Source: Xanthobacteraceae bacterium (GTDB lineage Bacteria; Pseudomonadota; Alphaproteobacteria; Rhizobiales; Xanthobacteraceae). From it: a stretch of 64,000 nt of DNA. A model generated the notes under the pieces. That model did not search any database. It saw nothing but the letters and a program-made list of their open reading frames with translations, and was not told the DNA's origin. The number at the start of each line of letters is the position of its first letter. Position 1 is the first letter of the stretch. Position numbers and translations under genes: made by a program. Positions 26,968-37,753 of the stretch are shown here, one piece after another. Where the stretch lies: positions 139,102 through 203,101 of the forward strand of contig DATMFI010000007.1 in assembly GCA_035556215.1 (NCBI GenBank). The letters run 5' to 3'.

Positions 26968-28374
26968 TCAGCCGGGCCCGACCATCTTCTCCGGCCGCAC
27001 CAGCGCGTCGAATTCCTCGTTGGTGACATAACCGCCGCCGACGGCTTCGTCGCGCAGCGTCGTGCCGTTCTTGTGCGCGGTCTTGGCGATCTTGGCGGCG
27101 TTGTCGTAGCCGATCTTCGGCGCGAGCGCCGTCACCAGCATCAGCGATTTTTCCATCAGCTCGGCGATACGCTTCTCGTTGGCCTTGATGCCAACGATGC
27201 AATTGTCGGTGAACGATACGGCGGCGTCGGCGAGCAATTTCACCGATTGCAGCAGCGCATAGGCGAGCACCGGATTATAGACGTTCAGCTCGAAGTGCCC
27301 CTGGCTGCCGGCGACAGTCACCGCCGTCTGATTGCCGAACACCTGGCAGCACGCCATCGTGAGCGCTTCGCTCTGCGTCGGGTTGACCTTGCCCGGCATG
27401 ATCGACGAGCCCGGCTCGTTCTCGGGCAGCGACAACTCGCCAAGGCCCGAGCGCGGGCCGGAGCCCAGGAGGCGGATGTCGTTGGCGATCTTGAACAGCG
27501 CCGTGCCGCAGGCCGCGAGCGCGCCGTGCACCGACACATAGGCGTCGTGCGCGGCGAGCACTTCAAATTTGTTCGGCGCGGTGACGAAGGGAAGCCCGGT
27601 GATATCGGCGACCTTCGCCGCGAAGGCTTCGGCAAATCCTTTCTTGGCGTTGAGGCCGGTGCCGACGGCGGTGCCGCCTTGCGCGAGCGGCCACAGCTCG
27701 TTCAGCACGACTTTCAGGCGCTTGATGCTGGAGTCGACTTGCGCAGCGTAGCCGGAAAATTCCTGGCCGAGCGTCAGCGGCGTCGCATCCTGCGTGTGGG
27801 TGCGGCCGATCTTGATGATCTTGTCGAATTCCCTGACCTTGACGCTCAGCGCCTTGTGCATGTGCTCGAGCGCCGGGATCAGCTTGTGCACGATCTCTTC
27901 GGCGGCCGCGATGTGCATGGCGGTCGGGAAGGAGTCGTTCGACGACTGGCCCATGTTGACGTGATCGTTGGGATGGATCGGCTTCTTCGAGCCCATCGTG
28001 CCGCCGAGCATTTCGATCGCGCGGTTGCTGATCACCTCATTGGCGTTCATGTTCGACTGGGTGCCGGAGCCGGTCTGCCAGACGACGAGCGGGAAGTGAT
28101 CGTCGAGCTTGCCGTGGACGACCTCGCGGGCGGCTTCCGAGATCGCGTCGGCGAGCTTGCCGTCGAGGACGCCGAGTTCCTTGTTCACCTGGGCCGCCGC
28201 CATCTTCACGATGCCAAGCGCACGGACGATGGCCTTGGGCATCCGCTCGCCGCCGATCTTGAAGTTCTGCAGCGAGCGCTGGGTCTGCGCCCCCCAGTAG
28301 CGATCCCCCGGCACCTCGATCGGGCCAAAGGTGTCGGTTTCGGTACGGTGGGCGACGGGCTTCGTGGCGGTCAT
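26968..28374 (-). CDS. fumC: class II fumarate hydratase
   Basis: 468 aa. [16 protein letters not shown] signature. Confidence 0.97.
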   Translation of the reverse strand: MTATKPVAHRTETDTFGPIEVPGDRYWGAQTQRSLQNFKIGGERMPKAIVRALGIVKMAAAQVNKELGVLDGKLADAISEAAREVVHGKLDDHFPLVVWQTGSGTQSNMNANEVISNRAIEMLGGTMGSKKPIHPNDHVNMGQSSNDSFPTAMHIAAAEEIVHKLIPALEHMHKALSVKVREFDKIIKIGRTHTQDATPLTLGQEFSGYAAQVDSSIKRLKVVLNELWPLAQGGTAVGTGLNAKKGFAEAFAAKVADITGLPFVTAPNKFEVLAAHDAYVSVHGALAACGTALFKIANDIRLLGSGPRSGLGELSLPENEPGSSIMPGKVNPTQSEALTMACCQVFGNQTAVTVAGSQGHFELNVYNPVLAYALLQSVKLLADAAVSFTDNCIVGIKANEKRIAELMEKSLMLVTALAPKIGYDNAAKIAKTAHKNGTTLRDEAVGGGYVTNEEFDALVRPEKMVGPG

Positions 28375-28738
28375 GGCTACCTTGGTTCTCGGGTCGGGTT
28401 CTTGGTCAGATTAAGGTGGGGGGCTTTTATCACGCGGCGGAAATCACGGAAAACGGGGCTTCCCAGCCCTTAGGGCTCCCGGTTGGGGGCTATTCGGCCT
28501 ACAACTTTGGGACAACGTGTCGCAGCCCATTACCGTCAACTAACGGTATTCTAGGAAGCAGGCGCACGGGGAACAATCGCTCTTTCAGAGCGGGGCCCGG
28601 GCGGGGACGTCAAAAAAATCGGCTTGCGGTAATATGCTGCGGCCATATGGTTTTGTAGCTTTGATTCCCCGTCTGCATTTCGCGTGCCCGACCGCTGTTT
28701 GTTTCGTGGCTGGCAAGACCGGACAGGTGACTCTCAAT

Positions 28739-28927
28739 ATGGCTGAGATCATCAACCTGAGGCGCCGGCGCAAGGCGGATGCGAGGAAGAAGCAAGCCTC
28801 GCTGGCCGCCGAAAACCGGGTCCGGTTCGGCCGTACCCTGGCAGCCAAGCGAAGCGAAAAAGCGGTCGAACTGAAACGGGAGCGCAGGCTCGACGGTCTG
28901 CGCATCGAATCCGGAGATGACACATGA
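28739..28927 (+). CDS. small basic protein (resembles DUF4169)
   Basis: 62 aa from the internal ATG. MAEIINLRRRRKADARKKQA... Confidence 0.6.
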   Translation: MAEIINLRRRRKADARKKQASLAAENRVRFGRTLAAKRSEKAVELKRERRLDGLRIESGDDT

Positions 28928-29154
28928 TCAAGAGTCCCGTCGTCAAACGTTCGATTGTCATTGCGGGTCACAAAACCAGCGTCAGCCTCGAGGACGCCTT
29001 CTGGGACGCGCTGAAGGAAATCGCTTCGACGCGCGACGTCACGCTGTCGGAGGTCGTCGCAAATATCGACGCGCTGCGTAATCAGGGAAACCTGTCGTCG
29101 GCCATCCGCCTTTACGTTCTGGATCACTTCCGCGCATCGCGTGCCGTCGCCTGA
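28924..29154 (+). CDS. ribbon-helix-helix domain protein
   Basis: 76 aa. SVSLEDAFWDALKEIA...LSSAIRLYVL pattern. Its start overlaps the upstream stop (ATGA). Confidence 0.7.
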   Translation: MIKSPVVKRSIVIAGHKTSVSLEDAFWDALKEIASTRDVTLSEVVANIDALRNQGNLSSAIRLYVLDHFRASRAVA

Positions 29155-29278
29155 CGTTACCGCAATTTAATGTTCGAACCCGCGCAGCAGGGCATGTTGC
29201 GCGGGTTCCTCGCGCGTTGAACCTACCCCGTTACTCCCGTATAACGGCGCGTCCGCAAATCGCGGGCGGAGGAAATAC

Positions 29279-30424
29279 ATGTCCTGGAAAAATCAGAGCG
29301 GCGGTCCCTGGGGTGGCGGTGGCGGCGGCGGGCCGCGCGGGCCCTGGGGCTCGGGCCCGCAGCCGGGCGGCGGACCGACGCCTCCGGATCTCGAGGATCT
29401 CGTCCGGCGCAGCCAGGATAAGCTGAAAAGCATGCTGCCGGGCGGCTCGTTCGGCGGCTGGGGCAGCCTGCTGATCGTCGTCGGCGCGATCGCGCTCTGG
29501 ATGCTCTCGGGCTTCTACCGCGTGCAGACGGACGAACTCGGCGTCGTGCTGCGCTTCGGCAAATATGTCGGCGAGCGGCAGCCGGGCCTCAACTATCACC
29601 TGCCGTATCCGATCGAAACGGTGCTCGTGCCGAAAGTGACGAGCAGCCGCCGCCTCGATATCGGCATGCGCCTGATCGAGGATCCGCGGCGCGGCTCGGG
29701 CGTGCGCGACGTGCCCGAAGAAAGCCTGATGCTGACCGGCGACGAGAACATCGTCGATGTCGATTTCACGGTGCTGTGGAAGATCAAGGACGCCGCCAAC
29801 TTCCTGTTCAACGTCCAGAACCCCGAAGGCACCATCAAGGCCGTCGCCGAAAGCGCGATGCGGGAAGTCATCGGCCGTTCGAACATCCAGCCGATTTTGA
29901 CCGGTGCGCGCCAGACCATCGAGCAGGCGGTGCATGAACTGATGCAAAAGACGCTCGACGGTTACGGCGCCGGCGTGCTGATCACCCAGGTCCAGCTCGC
30001 CAAGGTCGATCCGCCGAGCCAGGTCATCGACGCCTTCCGCGACGTGCAGGCGGCGCGCGCCGACGCCGAGCGCGTGCAGAACGAAGCGCAGACCTACACC
30101 AACCGGGTCGTCCCGGAAGCGCGCGGCCGTGCCGCGCAAATCCAGCAGGCGGCCGAAGCCTATCGCGAACAGATTGTCGCCGAGGCGAAGGGCGCCGCAT
30201 CGCGCTTCACGAAAATTTACGAAGAGTACAAGAAGGCGCCGGAGGTCACGCGCCGCCGCATGTATCTCGAAACGATGGAACAGGTGATGAGCGGCGTGAA
30301 CAAGACGGTGATCGACCCGAACCTGTCGAAGACCGGCGTCGTGCCGTATCTGCCGCTCGGTAACAACGGCGGCGTCGTACGTACGCCCGCGCCCGCGCAG
30401 GGCCAGCAGGGAGGCAGCCGATGA
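29279..30424 (+). CDS. hflK: FtsH protease modulator HflK
   Basis: 381 aa. Gly-rich N-terminus, TM helix and SPFH/band-7 domain. GGAGGAA SD. Confidence 0.92.
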   Translation: MSWKNQSGGPWGGGGGGGPRGPWGSGPQPGGGPTPPDLEDLVRRSQDKLKSMLPGGSFGGWGSLLIVVGAIALWMLSGFYRVQTDELGVVLRFGKYVGERQPGLNYHLPYPIETVLVPKVTSSRRLDIGMRLIEDPRRGSGVRDVPEESLMLTGDENIVDVDFTVLWKIKDAANFLFNVQNPEGTIKAVAESAMREVIGRSNIQPILTGARQTIEQAVHELMQKTLDGYGAGVLITQVQLAKVDPPSQVIDAFRDVQAARADAERVQNEAQTYTNRVVPEARGRAAQIQQAAEAYREQIVAEAKGAASRFTKIYEEYKKAPEVTRRRMYLETMEQVMSGVNKTVIDPNLSKTGVVPYLPLGNNGGVVRTPAPAQGQQGGSR

Positions 30425-31308
30425 GCAGGATTTTCACCGGCGCTTTCGCCGTCCTCGCCGCGATCGCGCTGATCGTGCTCTACAGCGCGCTGTTCACGGT
30501 CAACCAGAACCAGCAGGCGATCGTGCTCCGCTTCGGCGAGCCGATCCGCATCATCACCGATCCGGGCCTGCAGTATAAGGTGCCGGTGATGGATAGCGTC
30601 GTCTATATCGACAAGCGCATCCTCGATCTTGAAAACCCGGCGCAGGAAGTCATCGCCTCCGATCAGAAGCGCCTCGTGGTCGATGCCTTCGCGCGCTACA
30701 AGGTTTCCGATCCGCTGCGCTTCTATCAGACGCTCGGCTCGGTCGAGCGGGCCAATTCGCAGCTCGCGACGCTGCTCAATTCGGCGCTGCGCCGCGTGCT
30801 CGGCGAATCAACCTTCATCCAGATCGTGCGCGACGAGCGCGAGGCGCTGATGGGCCGCATCCGCGAGCAGATCACGCGCGAAGGCCAGAGCTTCGGCATC
30901 GCCGTGGTCGATGTCCGCATCCGCCGCGCCGACCTGCCCGAAGCCAACAGCCAGGCCGTGTTCCAGCGTATGCAGACGCAGATTCAGCGGGAAGCCGCCG
31001 AAATCCGCGCCGGCGGCAACCAGATCGCCCAGACGATCCGCGCCAAGGCCGACCGCGAGGTGACGGTGACGGTCGCCGAAGCACAGTCGCGCGGCGAGCA
31101 GATCCGCGGCGAAGGCGATGCGATGCGGAACAAGATTTACGCCGATGCGTATAATCAGGATCGCGACTTCTTCGCCTTCTACCGCTCGATGCAGGCTTAC
31201 GAGCAGACGATGAAGCGGGGCGATACCACGCTGCTCATCACGCCCGATTCCGATTTCATGCGCTATTTCAACGACGCCGCCGGTAAAGTGCCGCCCGCTG
31301 CACGGTAA
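30421..31308 (+). CDS. hflC: FtsH protease modulator HflC
   Basis: 295 aa SPFH domain protein. 4-nt overlap with hflK. Confidence 0.92.
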   Translation: MSRIFTGAFAVLAAIALIVLYSALFTVNQNQQAIVLRFGEPIRIITDPGLQYKVPVMDSVVYIDKRILDLENPAQEVIASDQKRLVVDAFARYKVSDPLRFYQTLGSVERANSQLATLLNSALRRVLGESTFIQIVRDEREALMGRIREQITREGQSFGIAVVDVRIRRADLPEANSQAVFQRMQTQIQREAAEIRAGGNQIAQTIRAKADREVTVTVAEAQSRGEQIRGEGDAMRNKIYADAYNQDRDFFAFYRSMQAYEQTMKRGDTTLLITPDSDFMRYFNDAAGKVPPAAR

Positions 31309-31320
31309 CGGATCGGTGTC

Positions 31321-31515
31321 ATGCACGATTTCGTCGCTGCCCTCGGTCTGCTGCTCGCAATCGAAGGGCTGACGTTCGCGGCATTTCCGGGCGCCGCGAA
31401 ACGTGCGGCGGAGGAGGTCGCCGGCGCGCCGGAGGGGCCGCTGCGGCTGATGGGAATCGGCGCGGCTGTATTCGGCATTCTGCTCTTGTGGTTCATGCGC
31501 GGAATGCCGATCTGA
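31321..31515 (+). CDS. DUF2065-like small membrane protein
   Basis: 64 aa, two TM helices, in the conserved position after hflC. Confidence 0.7.
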   Translation: MHDFVAALGLLLAIEGLTFAAFPGAAKRAAEEVAGAPEGPLRLMGIGAAVFGILLLWFMRGMPI

Positions 31516-31677
31516 AAACGGCCCGGCTGACGCGGTGGCCGCTTTTCCGCCGAAATCGCCGTGCCGGATAATGTGATCGCGGCCGTTTCGTCATTATGCC
31601 CCCGGCGTCTTGTCGGCTGGCGATTTCCGTCGCAGTTTGTTCGAAAGAAGATCAGCGAAACGCATTTCGAGGAGCTC

Positions 31678-33156
31678 ATGGCTTTCACACTTGTTTCCCC
31701 TGGATTTTCGCTTCGCCGCACGGCGGCAGCCCTGTTGTTCGCGGCAGGCTGCGGTGCGCTGCTCGCGACGGCGAGTTTCGCCGCTTCCGGCAAGGGGCCG
31801 GATTCGGTCGCCGATATCGCCGAGCGCGTCACCGATGCGGTGGTGAACATCTCCACCTCGCAGACGGTCGAAGCGCAGAAGGGCGTGCAGGTTCCGCAAC
31901 TCCCGCCGGGATCGCCGTTCGAGGAATTCTTCGACGAGTTCTTCAAGAAGAACGGCAAGGAAGGCGGCCGCGCGCGCAAGGTGTCGTCGCTCGGCTCGGG
32001 TTTCGTGATCGATGCGTCCGGCATCATCATCACCAACAACCACGTCATCGCCGACGCCGACGAAATCTACGCCAATTTCACCGATGGCACGAAGCTGAAA
32101 GCCGAACTCGTCGGCCGCGACACCAAGAGCGACATCGCGGTGCTGCGCGTGAAACCCGAAAAGCCGATCAAGGCGGTTTCGTTCGGCAATTCCGACAAGC
32201 TGCGCGTCGGCGACTGGGTGATGGCGATCGGCAATCCGTTCGGCCTCGGCGGCACGGTGACGGTCGGCGTCGTCTCGGCGCGCAACCGCGACATCAATGC
32301 CGGGCCTTACGATAACTTCATCCAGACCGATGCCGCGATCAATCGCGGCAATTCGGGCGGCCCGCTGTTCAACATGGACGGCGAAGTGATCGGCATCAAC
32401 ACCGCGATCATTTCGCCTTCGGGCGGCTCGATCGGCATCGGCTTTGCGATCCCCTCGCAAAGCGTGCAGCCGATCGTCGCGCAGTTGCAGGAGTTCGGCG
32501 AGACGCGGCGCGGCTGGATCGGCGTTCGCATCCAGCAGGTCGATGACGCGATCGCCGAGAGCCTCGGCATCGGCAGGGCGCGCGGCGCGCTGATCGCCGG
32601 TGTCACCGACGGCAGCCCGGCGGCAAAGGCGGGCGTGAAGACCGGCGATGTCGTCGTCAAGTTCGGCAGCCATGAGATCAAGGACATGCGCGAGCTTCCG
32701 AAGGTCGTCGCGGATACGCCGATCGGCAAGGCAGTCGACATGGTCGTGCTGCGCGACGGCAAGGAAGTGACGGTCAAGATCACACCGGATCGCCTGGAGG
32801 ATGCCGAGAAGCCAAAACAGGCCTCGGTCAGCAAGGAAGATCAGGTGAAGGCGGCCGCGCCGAAGAACGCGCTCGGCCTCGGGCTTTCGGCCATCACCGA
32901 CGATGTCCGCAAGCGCTACAAGGTGAAGGACGGCGTGAAAGGTGTTGTCGTCACCTCGATCGACCAGAATTCGCCGATCGCCGACCGCGGCATTCGTCCG
33001 GGCGACGTCATCGTCGAGTTCCAGCACCAGTCGCTGTCGAACCCGGCCGATGTCCAGAAGCGGCTCGATGCCCTCAAGAAGGAGGGCAAAAAAACGGCGC
33101 TGATGCTGGTGATGCGCGGCGACGAGCAGCGCTTCGTGCCGGTGCCGGTGCCGTAA
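31678..33156 (+). CDS. degP: DegP/HtrA-family periplasmic serine endoprotease (two PDZ domains)
   Basis: ATG at 31678 after GAGGAG. TNNHV, DIAVL and GNSGGPL catalytic-triad contexts. Confidence 0.9.
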   Translation: MAFTLVSPGFSLRRTAAALLFAAGCGALLATASFAASGKGPDSVADIAERVTDAVVNISTSQTVEAQKGVQVPQLPPGSPFEEFFDEFFKKNGKEGGRARKVSSLGSGFVIDASGIIITNNHVIADADEIYANFTDGTKLKAELVGRDTKSDIAVLRVKPEKPIKAVSFGNSDKLRVGDWVMAIGNPFGLGGTVTVGVVSARNRDINAGPYDNFIQTDAAINRGNSGGPLFNMDGEVIGINTAIISPSGGSIGIGFAIPSQSVQPIVAQLQEFGETRRGWIGVRIQQVDDAIAESLGIGRARGALIAGVTDGSPAAKAGVKTGDVVVKFGSHEIKDMRELPKVVADTPIGKAVDMVVLRDGKEVTVKITPDRLEDAEKPKQASVSKEDQVKAAAPKNALGLGLSAITDDVRKRYKVKDGVKGVVVTSIDQNSPIADRGIRPGDVIVEFQHQSLSNPADVQKRLDALKKEGKKTALMLVMRGDEQRFVPVPVP

Positions 33157-33160
33157 GCGG

Positions 33161-34051
33161 TCAGGCCGCGAATTCCTCGCGGCGATAGCCCTGCAAATAA
33201 AGGAGCGCGGTGAGATCGCCGCGCTCTATTCTTATGGCGGCAGCCGCCGCGACGGCGGGCTTGGCGTAATAGGCAACGCCAAGGCCGGCGGCCTGCAGCA
33301 TCGGCAGGTCGTTCGCGCCGTCGCCGACGGCGAGCGAATCTTCGAGGCCGATGCCGCGGCTGGCGGCAAGCTCCCTGAGGCTCGCGAGCTTGGCTTCGCT
33401 GCCGAGGATCGGTTCCTCGACCTTGCCGGAGAATTTTCCGCCTTCGATGACGAGGCGGTTGCCGCGGTTCTCGTCGAAGCCGATTTGCGCCGCGATCTTC
33501 GAGGTGAATACGGTGAAGCCGCCGGAGACGAGGCAGGTATAGGCGCCGTGCTTTTTCATCGTCATGACGAGCGTGCGGCCGCCGGGCATCAGCCGGATGA
33601 CCTTCTGGAGAACCTCGTCCACGATGGTCGCCGGCAGATCCTTGAGGAGAGCGACGCGCTCGCGCAGCGCGGGCGCAAACTCGATCTCGCCGCGCATGGC
33701 GCGCTCGGTGATCCGGGCGACGTGTTCCTTGAGACCGGCGAAGGCCGCAAGCTCATCGATGCATTCCTGCCGGATCATGGTCGAGTCCATGTCGGCCACG
33801 AACAGCCGCTTGCGGCGGCCGGCGGCGGGCAGGATCGCGACATCGATGGCGGGCAGGGCCGCGCGCAGCGTTTCGGCGAATGCTTTGGCATCGGTGCCGG
33901 CGGGAAGGGCGAACGGGATTTCCGAGGCGATATCGCTATCGAGGGTGACGGGTTCGCCCGGCGACGGCAGGAGGGCACGGGCGGCGAGCACGGTGCCGGG
34001 CGTCACCGCGGGCGTTTCGGGATTCGAGATCAGGACCGCGATGTGCGACAT
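33161..34051 (-). CDS. serB: phosphoserine phosphatase
   Basis: 296 aa. HAD motif [11 protein letters not shown] and motif [13 protein letters not shown]. Confidence 0.9.
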   Translation of the reverse strand: MSHIAVLISNPETPAVTPGTVLAARALLPSPGEPVTLDSDIASEIPFALPAGTDAKAFAETLRAALPAIDVAILPAAGRRKRLFVADMDSTMIRQECIDELAAFAGLKEHVARITERAMRGEIEFAPALRERVALLKDLPATIVDEVLQKVIRLMPGGRTLVMTMKKHGAYTCLVSGGFTVFTSKIAAQIGFDENRGNRLVIEGGKFSGKVEEPILGSEAKLASLRELAASRGIGLEDSLAVGDGANDLPMLQAAGLGVAYYAKPAVAAAAAIRIERGDLTALLYLQGYRREEFAA

Positions 34052-34088
34052 GCTATGGAAGAATCCGTTGCGGCTTTCGGGAAACGAT

Positions 34089-34997
34089 ATGGTTCAGGCG
34101 GTGCTCATTGCAGGTCCGACGGCGAGCGGCAAGTCCGCGCTGGCACTGGCGCTGGCCGAGCGCTTTGGCGGCGCCGTCATCAATACGGACTCCATGCAGG
34201 TTTACCGCGATTTCCGCATCCTCACCGCGCGGCCCACGCCGGAGGAGGAGGCGCGGGTGCCGCATCTTCTCTATGGCCATGTGGATGCCGCCGAGAACTA
34301 CTCGGTCGGGCGCTGGACGGTGGACGCGGCTCAAGTTCTGCAAGAAGTTGAAGCGGCGGGGCGCCTGCCGATTTTCGTTGGCGGCACGGGGCTTTATTTC
34401 AGATCGCTGGTAGAGGGGCTTTCCGAAATGCCGCAAGTTCCCGGCGAAGTGCGGGCGAGGGTGCGGGCTGAAGCGGAAGGGCGCGAGACGCCGGCACTGC
34501 ATGCGCGGCTGGCCGAGCGCGATCTTCGCATGGCGTCGGTGCTGCGGCCTTCGGATCGCCAGCGCATCATCCGGGCGCTTGAAGTATTCGAGGCGACGGG
34601 GCGCTCTCTTGCGGATTGGCAACAAATGCCGCGCAACCCTTTGCTGGAATCGGGAAAAGTTCTGCCGGTCTTTCTTACCGTCGAACGCAAGGCGCTTCGC
34701 GAGAAGATCGACGCGCGATTTGACAGGATGCTTGAAGAGGGCGCGCTCGACGAAGTGCGCGCGCTCATGGCGCGCAAGCTAGACCCGGCATTGCCTGCCC
34801 TGAAGGCGCACGGCGCGCCCGCACTTGCCCGCTATCTTTCAGGTGAGATTTCACGCGAAGAAGCTTCAAGTTCCGGCAAAACTGACACGCGCCACTACGC
34901 CAAGCGGCAGGAAACCTGGTTCAGGCATCAGATGAAGGACTGGCCGTGGCTCTCGCCGGAGGCGGCGCGGGAACACCTGATTTCCAAATTAAGCTGA
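34089..34997 (+). CDS. miaA: tRNA dimethylallyltransferase
   Basis: P-loop AGPTASGKS near the N-terminus, and DSMQVYR. The start at 34089 was chosen to avoid overlapping the divergent serB start (alternative 34050). Confidence 0.9.
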   Translation: MVQAVLIAGPTASGKSALALALAERFGGAVINTDSMQVYRDFRILTARPTPEEEARVPHLLYGHVDAAENYSVGRWTVDAAQVLQEVEAAGRLPIFVGGTGLYFRSLVEGLSEMPQVPGEVRARVRAEAEGRETPALHARLAERDLRMASVLRPSDRQRIIRALEVFEATGRSLADWQQMPRNPLLESGKVLPVFLTVERKALREKIDARFDRMLEEGALDEVRALMARKLDPALPALKAHGAPALARYLSGEISREEASSSGKTDTRHYAKRQETWFRHQMKDWPWLSPEAAREHLISKLS

Positions 34998-35046
34998 GCC
35001 TAATCCCGAAAGACGGGAACCGGCTTTCGCGGAAAAGATCATGCTC
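34996..35046. repeat. palindromic intergenic repeat, copy 3 (left arm degenerate)
   Basis: gagcctaatcccgaaagacgggaaccggctttcgcggaaaagatcatgctc. Confidence 0.6.
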
Positions 35047-35051
35047 GAAAA

Positions 35052-35495
35052 TCAGTGCCCCGGCTCCCGCCGGAAACCGATGGCGATCCGATTGTAGGCA
35101 TTCATCAGGCTGATCGCGACGGTGAGGTCGCCAAGCTGCTTCTCGTCGAACTGCCTGGCGACAGCGTGATAGACGTCGTCGGGTGCCCTGGTTTCGGAAA
35201 TCAGCGTCAGCGACTCCGCCCAGGCCAGCGCCGCACGCTCCTGTTCGGTGAAGAAGGACTTCGCCTCCCAATAGACCGGAACGAGGGCGACCTTCTCGGG
35301 CTTCATGCCGCCTTTGAGCAAATCGCGGGTATGCATGTCGATGCAATAGGCGCAGCCGTTGATGAGCGAGACGCGCAGATAAACGAGATCGATCAGCTCG
35401 CGCGACAGGCCGGACCTCGCGACATAGGAGTGGGCGGTGCCGAGCGCTTTCATGGCGTCGGGAATGATCTTCGCGTAGTCGAGCCGTTGGGACAT
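35052..35495 (-). CDS. carboxymuconolactone decarboxylase / AhpD-like family protein
   Basis: 147 aa with the CAYCIDMH (CxxC) AhpD-core motif. Confidence 0.85.
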   Translation of the reverse strand: MSQRLDYAKIIPDAMKALGTAHSYVARSGLSRELIDLVYLRVSLINGCAYCIDMHTRDLLKGGMKPEKVALVPVYWEAKSFFTEQERAALAWAESLTLISETRAPDDVYHAVARQFDEKQLGDLTVAISLMNAYNRIAIGFRREPGH

Positions 35496-35510
35496 GGCAA
35501 TCTCCTGTAA

Positions 35511-37034
35511 TTACTCGGCGGCCTCCGGCAGGCCCGGCACTTCGCAGCCGGTGGCGCAGCAGCGGCCGGGCTGCTTCGAGACACGGCGGCCGTCGGCGAG
35601 CACGCCGCGATCGAGCAATTGTTCAACGACCTGCACTTTCTCGCCGACGGGATAGTTGCGCCAGATTTCGCGCTTCATGGCTTCGGGCGAGCCGCCGCCA
35701 TGCAGGGAGATCACCGAATACCAGCCGCCCTGATGCGAGATGGTGAGGTCTTCGATCAGCCGCGAAACTTCGAGGCGCTGCTCGGCCGGAATGTCGGCGC
35801 GCCCGCCGAGCACGGCGGCGAGCGAGGCTCTGGTTTCGGGGTTGTGATCCTCGTCGGGGCCGGGAAGCGCGACGATCAAGCCGCCCGAGACATAATGGGC
35901 AAGCTTGTGCATGTCGTAGATTTTGGTCGCGAGCAGGAGCTTGCCGATATTCGAGAAGACGGCATCGGGCATGATGTTTCCGGCCGGATCCTTCATGCCG
36001 TAAACGGATGACGCGACGCCGCAGGCGTAGAAGCTTTCAGTGATGGTGATGAGTTCGACCATCGCGTCGCGAATGTGGCCGTGGCGATCGGGATCGAGGC
36101 CGTTCGCCTCGATCATCAAGGCACCCGCACCGATCAAAAGATCGCCGAAGCCGGCGCGCGCGCCGATACACGAATGCCGGTGATGCGTGGCGTAGGAAGT
36201 GGTGAGGAAGCCCGCTTCCTCGACTTCGCCCGCCATGAAGACGCGCTCATGCGGCACGAACACATTGTCGAAGATCACAACGCCCGTCGATTGGCCGTAT
36301 TTCGCGGAAAACTTCGCGGCGTTCTCGCCGGGGCGGCCGGCGGGGCGCGCGACGATGGTGACGCCCTCGGCATCGCACGGCACGGCGCAGCAGACGGCGA
36401 AACCGGCGTCTTCCTTGGTGTGGGTGCGGCAGGGCATGACCATGAATTCGTGGACGTAAGCCGCGCTCGTCACGATCGCCTTGGTGCCGGAAATGACGAT
36501 GCCGTCCTTGCGCCGCTCCTTGATGTGCACATAAACGTCGGGGTTTTCCTGCTGGCCGGGGCGCTTCGAGCGGTCGCCCTTGGCATCCGTCATGGCGATG
36601 CCGACGGTGAGGTCCTCGTCCTGGAATTTGTGCAGATAATTCAGGAAGCGCTGATGATAGTCGGTGCCGTGCGCGGCATCGGCGCGTTTCGTCGCCTGGA
36701 AAATGCCGCCGAAGGCGTCGTGACAGAGATAGCGCTGGGCGCAGCCGGATGTGCGGCAGAGAAGACGCACGGCTTCGAGCTTGTAGAGAAGGTCGGTCGA
36801 ATTCTCGTCGATGTGCAGCATGCGATTGACGGTTTTACCCGATGTGCCCTGGCGCGCCGTCATCAGGACTTCGTGCTCCTTCTTGTGGGCGAAGTCGTAA
36901 GCGACGCCGATGGCGTTGATGCCGGGCGCGAGGCGCGGCTCGTCGGCCACGCTCTCGATCCGGTCGCCGTTGACGAAGACGCGGGGCTTATAGCGGCGGA
37001 GCGACTCGCGATAATCAGCGGCGGTCATCAGCAT
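35511..37034 (-). CDS. 4-hydroxybutyryl-CoA dehydratase / 4-hydroxyphenylacetate 3-hydroxylase (AbfD/HpaB) family protein
   Basis: 507 aa. The N-terminus MLMTAADYRESLRRYKPRVFVNGDRIE closely resembles AbfD-type proteins as I recall them. Confidence 0.75.
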   Translation of the reverse strand: MLMTAADYRESLRRYKPRVFVNGDRIESVADEPRLAPGINAIGVAYDFAHKKEHEVLMTARQGTSGKTVNRMLHIDENSTDLLYKLEAVRLLCRTSGCAQRYLCHDAFGGIFQATKRADAAHGTDYHQRFLNYLHKFQDEDLTVGIAMTDAKGDRSKRPGQQENPDVYVHIKERRKDGIVISGTKAIVTSAAYVHEFMVMPCRTHTKEDAGFAVCCAVPCDAEGVTIVARPAGRPGENAAKFSAKYGQSTGVVIFDNVFVPHERVFMAGEVEEAGFLTTSYATHHRHSCIGARAGFGDLLIGAGALMIEANGLDPDRHGHIRDAMVELITITESFYACGVASSVYGMKDPAGNIMPDAVFSNIGKLLLATKIYDMHKLAHYVSGGLIVALPGPDEDHNPETRASLAAVLGGRADIPAEQRLEVSRLIEDLTISHQGGWYSVISLHGGGSPEAMKREIWRNYPVGEKVQVVEQLLDRGVLADGRRVSKQPGRCCATGCEVPGLPEAAE

Positions 37035-37125
37035 GACGTTCTCTCCCGAGACTTGAGCTTACTTTTGGCTTGTTCTAAATTTTGAACACTGTTAAATTCG
37101 AGTCAAGCAAAAAGAACGAGGGAAT

Positions 37126-37752
37126 ATGGCAGGGGCGCAAAGGATCGGCCGCAGGCAGGCGGTGAGCGAGCACAAGCGCGCGCTCATTCTCGATGCCGCG
37201 CGCAAGGTATTCGAGCAGGAGGGGCTGGACGGCGCTTCGCTGCGCGCCATCGCGGCGGAGGCGGGCTATACGCCGGCCGCGCTCTATTTTCATTTCGATT
37301 CGAAGGAAGCGATCTACGCCGAAGTGCTGCGCGCCTCGATCGCGCGATTGCAGGAAGAGGTCGAGCGGGCGGTAACGAAAACGCGCACGCCGGTGGAAAA
37401 GCTGCGCGCGGCGGCGATGGCCTTCTTCTCGTTCTATGCCGAGAACCCGCGCGATCTCGATCTCGGTTTCTATCTTTTTCGCGGCGGCATGAAACCGCAT
37501 GGCCTTGGCAAGGAGCGCGACCAGCAACTGAATGCCGCGCTCGCGAGCGCGCTGCAATCCATTTCAGATGCCGCCGAAGAACTCGGCGCGAAGAAAGAAG
37601 AAGCGCGCATGCTGACCGTCGATACCTTCGCGCATGCGGCGGGACTTTTACTGCTCGCGCATACCGGACGCATCCGGATGTTCGGCGCGTCGGCGCGCGA
37701 TCTGATGGCGCGATATGTCGATGATCGTATCGCGCAACTGAAAGGGCGCTGA
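37126..37752 (+). CDS. TetR/AcrR family transcriptional regulator
   Basis: 208 aa. HTH SLRAIAAEAGYTPAALYFHFDSKEAIY. Divergent from the AbfD-like gene. Confidence 0.85.
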   Translation: MAGAQRIGRRQAVSEHKRALILDAARKVFEQEGLDGASLRAIAAEAGYTPAALYFHFDSKEAIYAEVLRASIARLQEEVERAVTKTRTPVEKLRAAAMAFFSFYAENPRDLDLGFYLFRGGMKPHGLGKERDQQLNAALASALQSISDAAEELGAKKEEARMLTVDTFAHAAGLLLLAHTGRIRMFGASARDLMARYVDDRIAQLKGR

Positions 37753-37753
37753 G

